Positions 9,695 through 17,198 of a stretch of DNA of 32,000 bases are shown piece after piece. Position numbers and translations under genes: made by a program. Under the pieces are notes generated by a model. It was not told where the DNA came from and did not search any database. It saw only the letters and a program-made list of their open reading frames with translations. How positions within the stretch are numbered: the stretch's first letter is position 1; each line of letters starts with the position of its first letter. The stretch covers positions 3,690,001 to 3,722,000 of the forward strand of contig NZ_CP011304.1 of NCBI RefSeq assembly GCF_000981785.2, written 5' to 3'. The DNA is from Microcystis aeruginosa NIES-2549 (GTDB taxonomy: Bacteria; Cyanobacteriota; Cyanobacteriia; Cyanobacteriales; Microcystaceae).

Positions 9695-10019
9695 TCAAAA
9701 TTTTCACTAATGCTAAACTAATTATCGCCCCAACCGCCATAGCTGCAATTCCCCATTGACAAAAAGCCATAACCTCTAATGAAACCGAGCAAAAACAGTT
9801 TCTGGGACAATATGTGCATTCCCCCCGACGAGAATTGCCCTTGTCACCCATCGGCAGGGATGGATATTTCGCCATCAAAATTTCCCCACTCACCCTTGCT
9901 GAATTTGGGTATGTTAAAGAATAGGACAAAATTAACTTCTTGGTTAGAATAGGCAGTCATGCAAGAGACTTCGGCCGTGAGACGGCGGGCTATGGCTACA
10001 GAAGGGAGACGAATCAGCT

Positions 10020-13000
10020 ATGGTAAAACTAGAGGAACTTACTCGTGGCTCTATTGTTAACGGAATATTACCGAACCAAGCTGTCACCGTCATCGAGGCC
10101 AAGTGGCATGGCAGCGACACGGTAGAACTGACCTACAAAGATACCAACGGACAACCCTACACAGAACTGCTCTTTCGATACCGAGAGCCAACCCTAGAGA
10201 TTCTCACCGAAGGAAGACCGTGGGGTTTCGATGGCGATGGAGCTTTGCTGCGCCTAGTTTCCGAAGCCCACCGCATCCGGTTGGCCTACCTGTTTGACCC
10301 GCTTCTAGCCGTCCATACCTCTCTGGTGGAACCACTCCCTCATCAAATCACTGCTGTTTACGGTGAGATGCTCGATCGCCAACCTCTGCGCTTTTTGTTG
10401 GCCGATGACCCCGGGGCCGGGAAAACCATCATGGCGGGATTGTTAATTCGAGAACTCCTGATTCGAGGTGACTTAGCGCGCTGCCTGATCGTTTGTCCAG
10501 GCAGCCTCGCAGTGCAATGGCAAGACGAACTACATAACAAATTTCACCTTCCCTTCGATATCCTCACCAACGACCGCCTCGAAACGGCCCGCACCGGCAA
10601 CGCCTTCGCCGAAATGGGTCTGGTCATTGCTAGGCTTGATAAACTCAGCCGTAATCAAGACCTCCAGAAGAAACTCCAGCAGACTGATTGGGATCTGATT
10701 ATCTGCGACGAGGCCCACAAGATGTCCGCTTCGTTTTTCGGTGGGGATATTAAGGAAACAAAGCGTTACAAATTGGGCAAACTCCTCTCTAGCATTACCC
10801 GCCACTTCCTGCTGATGACGGCGACTCCCCACAACGGCAAAGAAGAAGACTTTCAGTTATTCTTAGCCCTACTTGATGGCGACCGCTTTGAGGGACGATT
10901 CCGCGACGGAGTTCCTGTTTCAGATACTTCCGACCTGATGCGCCGCATGGTCAAAGAAGAACTGCTCAAGTTTGACGGCAAGCCACTTTTCCCCGAAAGA
11001 ATCGCTCACACGGTCACTTACCCCCTCTCCGACCAAGAAGCGATCCTCTACAGTCGAGTCACCGAGTATGTGCGCGAAGAATTTAACCGAGCCGAAGCCC
11101 TGGCCAATAACGGGCGCAAGGGGACAGTCGGCTTTGCCCTCACCATTTTGCAACGCCGCCTCGCCTCCTCTCCGGAAGCCATCTATCAATCCTTGAAACG
11201 GCGACGAGAGCGGCTAGAAAAGCGACTCCGAGAAGAAGAATTGCTCAAGCGAGGCCAGTCGCTGGAGATGGAATTTGCCACCGTCCTTGACCAAGACGAC
11301 ATCGATGACGACTTTGAGGATACCGATAGCAGCGAGCGGGAGGCCACGGTCGAGGAGGTGGTCGATCAGGCTACAGCAGCCCGTACCATTGCCGAACTAC
11401 AGCTTGAAATCGCCCTGCTCAAAGAGCTTGAAGACTTAGCCAATACCGTCCGACGGAGCGGAAAAGACCGTAAGTGGGAAGAGTTTTCCCATCTTTTTCA
11501 GGATCAGGCGGAGATGTTCGATGCGGGAGGATACCGCCGCAAAATTGTCGTCTTCACCGAACATAGAGACACCCTCAACTACCTGAAAGAGCGGATCGGC
11601 ACACTCCTTGGCAACCCAGAAACTGTTGTCACCATTCACGGTGGCATGGGTCGGGAAGACCGCAAAAAAGCCGAAGAAGGCTTCAAGCAAGACGTAGGAG
11701 TACAGGTACTTCTGGCCACCGATGCCGCCGGAGAGGGGATCAACCTGCAACGAGCGCATCTCATGGTCAATTATGACCTACCCTGGAACCCAAACCGCCT
11801 AGAACAGCGATTCGGTCGCATTCACCGGATTGGACAGACCGAGGTTTGTCATCTCTGGAATTTGGTGGCCCACGAAACCCGCGAGGGAGATGTCTATCGG
11901 ACACTCCTCGAAAAACTCGAAGCCGAACAAAAAGCTTTAGGCGGACGGGTCTTTGATGTATTAGGTAAAGCCATTGCGGGAAAAGAATTGCGCGAACTTC
12001 TCATCAAAGCCATCCGCTACGGCGATCGCCCAGATATAAAAGCACGCTTAAACCAGGTCATCTCTGAAAAGCTCGATCAAGAGAGACTAAGGGAATTGCT
12101 GCAAGAACGCGCCCTAGCACGCGATTCGATGGATGCTTCCAAAGTTCAGAAAATTCGAGAAGATATGGAGCGAGCCGAAGCCAGAAGGTTACAGCCGCAC
12201 TTCATCGCCGCATTTTTCCTCGAAGCCTTCCAACGCTTAGGCGGCACCCTACGCCAGCGAGAGCCAAAGCGATACGAGATCACCAACGTCCCCGCCGTTA
12301 TCCGTAACAGAGACCGCTTTTTCGGGATAGGAGAGCCAATTCTCAAACGCTATGAGCGCATCTGTTTTGATAAAGAACTGATTAGTATTCCGGGGAAACC
12401 CGTTGCTACCTTTGTCTGTCCCGGCCATCCCCTGTTAGATGCCACTATCGATCTTGTCTTGGAACGGCATCGGGAATTACTCAGACGGGGAGCTATCCTA
12501 GTTGATGACAGTGATCCGAGCGAGGAAATTCGGGCGCTGGTGTACTTAGAACACGCCATTCAAGATGCTCGGCTAAATCCCGATGGTAGGAGGCGGGTGG
12601 TGTCGCGGCGGATGCAGTATGTGGAACTATTTGAACCACAGAGACACAGAGGACACGGAGAGAGGGATGCTGGGTATGCCCCTTATCTGGATTATCGTCC
12701 TTTGGCGGAGGAGGAGCGGGTGCTGGTGGAGCCTATCATTGATTCTCTGGATATTGGTAATGAGATTGAGAAGAAGGCTACCAGTTATGCGATCGCCAAC
12801 CTTGTCTCTTCCCATCTTCGGGAGGTACGGCAGCGCAAGGAAGAGCTAATTGAAAAGACCATTGCGGCAGTTAAAGACCGCCTGACCAAGGAGATCAACC
12901 ACTGGGACCATCGGGCGAACCAGTTGCGCCTACAGGAAGAAGCGGGAAAGACCAATGCCCGGATAAATTCCAACAAAGCCCGAGCCAGAGCCGATGAACT

Positions 13001-13544
13001 ACAAACGCGGTTGCAAAAGCGCTTGTCTGAATTGGAGCAGGAGCGCCAGCTTTCCCCTTTGCCGCCGGTGGTGGTGGGGGCAGCCCTCGTCGTACCGGGC
13101 GGACTGTTAGGAAGACTTTTAGGCAAGCCAATGTTTGCCAGAGACACTAAGCGCATCGAGCAGCTGGCGATGGCGGCAGTCATGGCGACCGAAAAAGCAT
13201 TAGGCTACGAGCCGCGGGATGTGAGCGCCGAGAAGTGCGGCTATGACATCGAATCGCGCAGGACCGGAACAGGCCGCTTACGGTTTATCGAAGTCAAGGG
13301 TAGAGTAGAAGGAGCCGATACGGTGACGGTGACTAAAAACGAGATTTGCCTAGCGTTGAACAAGTCCGAGAGTTTCTTACTTGCTTTAGTTTCCGTTTCT
13401 CCGTCAGAGGAAGTGCGGGTGAGATATGTGCGCCAGCCATTCCAGAGGGAACCGGATTTTGGGGTGTGTAGTGTTAATTATAATTGGAGAGAGTTATGGG
13501 ACAGGGGGGATATGATTGAACCACAAAGGCACAAAGGACACTAA
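10020..13544 (+). CDS. SNF2/DEAH-family helicase with C-terminal PD-(D/E)XK-like (DUF3883-type) domain; helicase component of an Hma-type defence locus
   Basis: 1174 aa. Helicase motifs: motif I GAGKT (10413-10427), motif II DEAH (10707-10718), motif III LMTATPHNG, motif VI QRFGRIHRIGQ. A coiled-coil region follows. The C-terminal module carries GYDIES...RFIEVKG (D at 13245-13247, EVK at 13290-13298). The last 8 codons and the stop (EPQRHKGH*) come from the first unit of the downstream repeat array. Confidence 0.93.
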   Translation: MVKLEELTRGSIVNGILPNQAVTVIEAKWHGSDTVELTYKDTNGQPYTELLFRYREPTLEILTEGRPWGFDGDGALLRLVSEAHRIRLAYLFDPLLAVHTSLVEPLPHQITAVYGEMLDRQPLRFLLADDPGAGKTIMAGLLIRELLIRGDLARCLIVCPGSLAVQWQDELHNKFHLPFDILTNDRLETARTGNAFAEMGLVIARLDKLSRNQDLQKKLQQTDWDLIICDEAHKMSASFFGGDIKETKRYKLGKLLSSITRHFLLMTATPHNGKEEDFQLFLALLDGDRFEGRFRDGVPVSDTSDLMRRMVKEELLKFDGKPLFPERIAHTVTYPLSDQEAILYSRVTEYVREEFNRAEALANNGRKGTVGFALTILQRRLASSPEAIYQSLKRRRERLEKRLREEELLKRGQSLEMEFATVLDQDDIDDDFEDTDSSEREATVEEVVDQATAARTIAELQLEIALLKELEDLANTVRRSGKDRKWEEFSHLFQDQAEMFDAGGYRRKIVVFTEHRDTLNYLKERIGTLLGNPETVVTIHGGMGREDRKKAEEGFKQDVGVQVLLATDAAGEGINLQRAHLMVNYDLPWNPNRLEQRFGRIHRIGQTEVCHLWNLVAHETREGDVYRTLLEKLEAEQKALGGRVFDVLGKAIAGKELRELLIKAIRYGDRPDIKARLNQVISEKLDQERLRELLQERALARDSMDASKVQKIREDMERAEARRLQPHFIAAFFLEAFQRLGGTLRQREPKRYEITNVPAVIRNRDRFFGIGEPILKRYERICFDKELISIPGKPVATFVCPGHPLLDATIDLVLERHRELLRRGAILVDDSDPSEEIRALVYLEHAIQDARLNPDGRRRVVSRRMQYVELFEPQRHRGHGERDAGYAPYLDYRPLAEEERVLVEPIIDSLDIGNEIEKKATSYAIANLVSSHLREVRQRKEELIEKTIAAVKDRLTKEINHWDHRANQLRLQEEAGKTNARINSNKARARADELQTRLQKRLSELEQERQLSPLPPVVVGAALVVPGGLLGRLLGKPMFARDTKRIEQLAMAAVMATEKALGYEPRDVSAEKCGYDIESRRTGTGRLRFIEVKGRVEGADTVTVTKNEICLALNKSESFLLALVSVSPSEEVRVRYVRQPFQREPDFGVCSVNYNWRELWDRGDMIEPQRHKGH
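12633..12656 (+). repeat. degenerate copy of the AACCACAAAGGCACAAAGGACAC repeat inside the helicase CDS, in frame
   Basis: GAACCACAGAGACACAGAGGACAC compared with the array unit GAACCACAAAGGCACAAAGGACAC (13518-13541). It is translated EPQRHRGH, close to the EPQRHKGH that ends the same protein. Confidence 0.7.
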
Positions 13545-13749
13545 GGGGATTAACCACAAAGGCACGAAGGACACTAAGGGGATTAACCACAAAGGCACAA
13601 AGGACACTAAGGGGATTAACCACAAAGGCACGAAGGACACGAAGATAGAAGAACCACAAAGGCACAAAGGACACGAAGATAGAAGAACCACAAAGGCACG
13701 AAGGACACGAAGATAGAAGAACCACAAAGGCACGAAGGACACTAAGGTT
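13518..13749 (+). repeat. tandem array, 7 units of 30-34 bp, forward orientation (core AACCACAAAGGCAC(A/G)AAGGACAC)
   Basis: Units start at 13518, 13552, 13585, 13618, 13652, 13686 and 13720. There are two linker types: TAAGGGGATT in units 1-3 and GAAGATAGAAG in units 4-6. The array begins inside the helicase 3' end and stops exactly at the ATG of the GxxExxY gene (13750). Confidence 0.95.
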
Positions 13750-14130
13750 ATGGATGAGAGGGCTAATGATTTATCTAAGGAGATTATTGGGGCGGCGATC
13801 GCTGTTCATCGGGAGTTGGGGCCAGGACTATTGGAGTCGGCCTATGAGGCCTGTTTAGAGTACGAGTTATTGGATAGGGGGATAGCGGTGGAGCGTCAAG
13901 TTCCTCAATCAGTGATTTATCGCGGTGTTAAACTTGATTGTGGTTATCGTCTCGATCTATTGGTGGAAAATCTGGTTATTGTCGAACTGAAAACTGTTGA
14001 ACAACTTACCCCCATTCACGAGGCCCAGTTGTTAACCTATCTCAAATTACGCCGGCTTTGGCTAGGATTACTGATTAATTTTAACGTTCCCGTTCTCAAA
14101 CAAGGCATCAAACGCCTTGTCAACAATTAA
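13750..14130 (+). CDS. GxxExxY-family protein (PD-(D/E)XK nuclease-fold, PDDEXK_3-like)
   Basis: 126 aa. It has the eponymous motif GPGLLESAY (G-x-x-E-x-x-Y) and a D...ExK-like core ([16 protein letters not shown]). The C-terminus (LLINFN) is typical of this family as I recall it. Confidence 0.85.
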   Translation: MDERANDLSKEIIGAAIAVHRELGPGLLESAYEACLEYELLDRGIAVERQVPQSVIYRGVKLDCGYRLDLLVENLVIVELKTVEQLTPIHEAQLLTYLKLRRLWLGLLINFNVPVLKQGIKRLVNN

Positions 14131-14135
14131 TCTTT

Positions 14136-14192
14136 GTGTCCTTTGTGCCTTTGTGGTTCCTCAATCTTCGTGTCCTTTGTGCCTTTGTGGTT
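14136..14192 (-). repeat. two units of the same repeat in reverse orientation
   Basis: GTGTCCTTTGTGCCTTTGTGGTT occurs at 14136-14158 and 14170-14192. It is the reverse complement of the core in the 13518-13749 array. The repeat starts 5 nt after the GxxExxY stop and ends 12 nt before the methylase ATG. Confidence 0.95.
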
Positions 14193-14204
14193 CTTTTATC
14201 TCCC

Positions 14205-17198
14205 ATGACCTACCGTAAAAAACTCATTGAAGTGGCCCTACCCCTAGAAGCCATTAACGTCGAATCGGCATACGAAAAGAAACCAGGTATTGGTTCCCAT
14301 CCTAGAGGAGTTCATCTCTGGTGGGCGCGGCGACCTTTAGCAACTTGTCGCGCCGTTCTGTGGGCTTCATTAGTGGATGACCCGTCGAGTTGGCCAGATA
14401 AATTTCCCACCGAGGAGGAGCAGAATCGGGAACGACAGAGATTGTTCGATATATTAGGAAGAATTCATATTGAAACAGATAAGAAGGGAAACACGAAGCA
14501 GGTCGTAAAGGGACTGGTATCGTGGAAGGAAATCAATAAACCCACTTCCAACGTATTAGACGCGGCACAGCGAGAAATTGCGCGCTGTTTAGCTTGGGAA
14601 CGTGGGGAAGAACCCCCCACTAAACCGGATGCTATACGCGACTATATCGCTAAATATGCCCCCTCCGCCTATGACCCGTTTTGTGGTGGTGGTTCCATTC
14701 CTTTGGAGGCCCAGCGCTTGGGTTTGCAGGCCCACGGTAGTGACCTCAATCCGGTGGCGGTGTTGATTACTAAGGCTTTGATCGAGATTCCGCCCAAGTT
14801 TAAGGATAAACCGCCGGTTAATCCCGATTCTCGCCAAAAACAAAAGATTTCTTCCTGGGAAGGGGCCCAGGGATTGGCCGCAGATGTGCGCTATTACGGT
14901 CAGTGGATGCGGGATGAGGCTTTTAAAAGGATTGGCTATCTTTATCCGATGGTGGAAACCAACCACAAAGGCACAAAGGACACTAAGGTGATTGCTTGGC
15001 TTTGGGCCAGGACGGTGAAGTGTCCTAATCCGGCCTGTGGCTGTCAGATGCCTCTGGTCCGCAGTTTTCAGCTTTCGACGAAGAAGGGTAAGGAGGCTTG
15101 GGTTGAGCCTTTTGTGGGAGATGTTAACACTGAGGGGGATTTTAACCACAAAGGCACTGAGGACACAAAGGGGGATGATTTTGGTGTCTCTGGGGTGCCA
15201 CCCAAAATCCGCTTTGAGGTGAAGACGGGTAAGGGTACGGCCCCGGAATCTCCCAAGACTGGTCGAGGAGCTACGTTTCGGTGTTTAGCCTGTGGTCAGC
15301 CAGTTAACGATAAGCATATTAAGGCAGAAGGAATGGCGGGACGGATGGATGCTCAACTCATGGCAATTGTTGCTGAGGGGAAAGGTGGACGGATTTATCT
15401 TTCTCCTAACTCTGAACATGAAGCAATCGCTAAGAGTGCAAAACCAACATGGTATCCAGATGCTCAAATAAGCGATGATAGGCGGTCAATGTTCACACCG
15501 CTTTATGGACTGACGCATTTTCATCATCTTTTTACTCCCCGTCAACTCGTCGCCCTCACTACTTTTAGCGATTTAGTAAGTGAAGCCAGAGAAAAAATTA
15601 AAGCTGATGCAGTAGCCGCAGGAATCCCTGATGATGATTTACCTCTTAATGATGGGGGAATAGGCGCGACGGCTTATGCGGATGCAGTGGCGACTTATTT
15701 GGCATTTGTGATTGATCGATGCGCTGACTTTAACTGTTCTGTAACGAGGTGGGCATCTAGTAATGAAAAAATAATGAATTTATTTGCCCGCCAAGCAATC
15801 CCTATGGTTTGGGATTATTCAGAAGCTAATATTCTAGAGAAGGTGGTTGGAGGATTTGAGACGTGCAATGAATATGTTAGTGACTGTATCGCAATATTGC
15901 CGACAACAATCACATCTAAGGGAGAAGTGAATCAAAAAGATGCTTCCCAAAACAACTGTGATTTGTCGCTATGTCCCGTAATATCAACCGATCCACCATA
16001 TTATGACAATATAAGCTATGCAGATCTTTCAGACTTTTTTTACGTCTGGTTGCGCCGTTCTTTAAATTCAATCTATCCCAATCTTTTCAGCACTTTACTC
16101 GTTCCCAAAGCACCCGAATTAGTCGCTACTCCCTATCGTTTTGGGGGTGATAAGAAAAAAGCTCAATCCTTTTTTGAGGAGGGCTTAGGCAAAGCATTCG
16201 GACGAATGAATGCGATGGCTCACTCAGATTACCCTCTGACGGTTTACTACGCTTTCAAGCAGTCAGAAACCAAAGACAGCGATGATGACGCAGGAAATAC
16301 TTTTGTATCATCCACCGGGTGGGAAACAATGCTCGAAGGTTTGATTAAATCCGATTTTTCGATTGGCGGCACATGGCCAATGAGAAGTGAACAAAATGAA
16401 AGGATGGTAGCAACTGGCACAAATGCCCTCGCCTCATCTATAGTCCTCGTGTGTCGTCCCCGTCCCGCCGACGCGCCCAAAGCCAGCCGCCGGCAATTCC
16501 TCAACGAACTGAAGCGAGACCTTCCCCAAGCCCTAAAACTGCTGCAACAGGGCAATATTGCCCCCGTTGACCTCGCCCAAGCCAGTATTGGGCCCGGGAT
16601 GGCAATCTACTCCAAATACGCCGCTATCCTCGAATCTAACGGCTCCTCCATGGGTGTTCGCACGGCCCTGCAACTGATTAACCAGATTCTCGACGAATTT
16701 CTCACCGAACAAGAAGGAGAATTTGATAGTGATACCCGTTGGGCGCTGACTTGGTTCGAGCAGTACCAATTCAACGAAGGACTATATGGCAATGCAGAAA
16801 CCCTCTCCAAAGCCAAAAACACCAGTATTCAGGGCATGGTTGAAGCTGGCATACTAGAAGCAAAAGCCGGTAAAGTGCGACTACTCAAGCGCGAAGATCT
16901 TAAAACCGATTGGAAGCCAGAAAAAGATGAGCGGACACCCATCTGGGAAATCACCCAACACCTCATCCATACCCTCGATAAAAACGGCGAAACCGGAGCC
17001 GCAGAACTCTTGGCCAAACTAGGAAACAGAGCCGATTTAGCCAAAGAACTCGCCTATAGACTTTATAGCCTCTGTGACAGAAAAGGTTGGACCCAAGAAG
17101 CCATAGCCTACAATAGCCTCGTCACCTCTTGGCCAGAAATCACCCGCCTAGCCAACGAATATAAACCCTCCCCCGAACAACTATCCTTTTCTTTGTGA
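14205..17198 (+). CDS. DUF1156-type DNA methyltransferase (DPPY, N6-adenine/N4-cytosine class) with split Zn ribbon; methylase component of the Hma-type locus
   Basis: The start is moved to ATG 14205 (MTYRKKLIEVALPLEAINVESAYEK is the characteristic DUF1156 N-terminus). The 23 codons upstream in the ORF track are repeat sequence. Motif I DPFCGGGS at 14673-14696. Cys pairs CPNPAC and CLAC form the Zn ribbon. Motif IV DPPY at 15990-16001. The stop TGA (17196-17198) lies in the first unit of the downstream array. Confidence 0.9.
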   Translation: MTYRKKLIEVALPLEAINVESAYEKKPGIGSHPRGVHLWWARRPLATCRAVLWASLVDDPSSWPDKFPTEEEQNRERQRLFDILGRIHIETDKKGNTKQVVKGLVSWKEINKPTSNVLDAAQREIARCLAWERGEEPPTKPDAIRDYIAKYAPSAYDPFCGGGSIPLEAQRLGLQAHGSDLNPVAVLITKALIEIPPKFKDKPPVNPDSRQKQKISSWEGAQGLAADVRYYGQWMRDEAFKRIGYLYPMVETNHKGTKDTKVIAWLWARTVKCPNPACGCQMPLVRSFQLSTKKGKEAWVEPFVGDVNTEGDFNHKGTEDTKGDDFGVSGVPPKIRFEVKTGKGTAPESPKTGRGATFRCLACGQPVNDKHIKAEGMAGRMDAQLMAIVAEGKGGRIYLSPNSEHEAIAKSAKPTWYPDAQISDDRRSMFTPLYGLTHFHHLFTPRQLVALTTFSDLVSEAREKIKADAVAAGIPDDDLPLNDGGIGATAYADAVATYLAFVIDRCADFNCSVTRWASSNEKIMNLFARQAIPMVWDYSEANILEKVVGGFETCNEYVSDCIAILPTTITSKGEVNQKDASQNNCDLSLCPVISTDPPYYDNISYADLSDFFYVWLRRSLNSIYPNLFSTLLVPKAPELVATPYRFGGDKKKAQSFFEEGLGKAFGRMNAMAHSDYPLTVYYAFKQSETKDSDDDAGNTFVSSTGWETMLEGLIKSDFSIGGTWPMRSEQNERMVATGTNALASSIVLVCRPRPADAPKASRRQFLNELKRDLPQALKLLQQGNIAPVDLAQASIGPGMAIYSKYAAILESNGSSMGVRTALQLINQILDEFLTEQEGEFDSDTRWALTWFEQYQFNEGLYGNAETLSKAKNTSIQGMVEAGILEAKAGKVRLLKREDLKTDWKPEKDERTPIWEITQHLIHTLDKNGETGAAELLAKLGNRADLAKELAYRLYSLCDRKGWTQEAIAYNSLVTSWPEITRLANEYKPSPEQLSFSL
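14961..14988 (+). repeat. perfect repeat unit inside the methylase CDS, in frame
   Basis: AACCACAAAGGCACAAAGGACACTAAGG is 28/28 identical to array unit 13585-13612. It is read as NHKGTKDTK within ...[25 protein letters not shown]..., a different frame from that used at the helicase C-terminus. Confidence 0.9.
15131..15177 (+). repeat. second repeat-derived segment (linker plus unit) inside the methylase CDS, in frame
   Basis: TGAGGGGGATTTTAACCACAAAGGCACTGAGGACACAAAGGGGGAT resembles linker TAAGGGGATT plus the core. It is read as EGDFNHKGTEDTKGD and lies between the two Cys pairs of the Zn ribbon. Confidence 0.8.

Noticed and set aside
9540-9929. 129-aa ORF (minus) overlapping the 5' end of the secreted-protein gene by 155 nt
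   Set aside because: The overlap in another frame is large, the composition is Cys-rich and odd, and there is no family match by eye. A short membrane peptide encoded in 9700-9875 cannot be excluded but is unsupported.
10103-13183. Numerous 60-130-aa ORFs in other frames or antisense inside the helicase (e.g. 10530..10832, 12785..13183)
   Set aside because: Long spurious ORFs of this kind are expected in GC-rich coding sequence, and all are nested in a gene with complete helicase motifs.
13474-13742. ORFs 13474..13725(-), 13494..13742(-) and 13516..13716(+) encoding HKGTKDTK or FVPLW repeats
   Set aside because: These are translations of the tandem array in several frames on both strands. 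They are low-complexity and mutually overlapping, with no independent start context.
14136-14204. N-terminal extension of the methylase from the alternative start at 14136
   Set aside because: The extension is entirely repeat sequence (MSFVPLWFLNLRVLCAFVV...). The conserved DUF1156 N-terminus begins at the ATG at 14205.
14589-15149. 186-aa antisense ORF in the methylase, and 210-aa antisense ORF 18106..18738 in the ATPase
   Set aside because: They are antisense to well-supported genes in GC-rich segments, Arg/Gly/Leu-rich, and carry no motifs.
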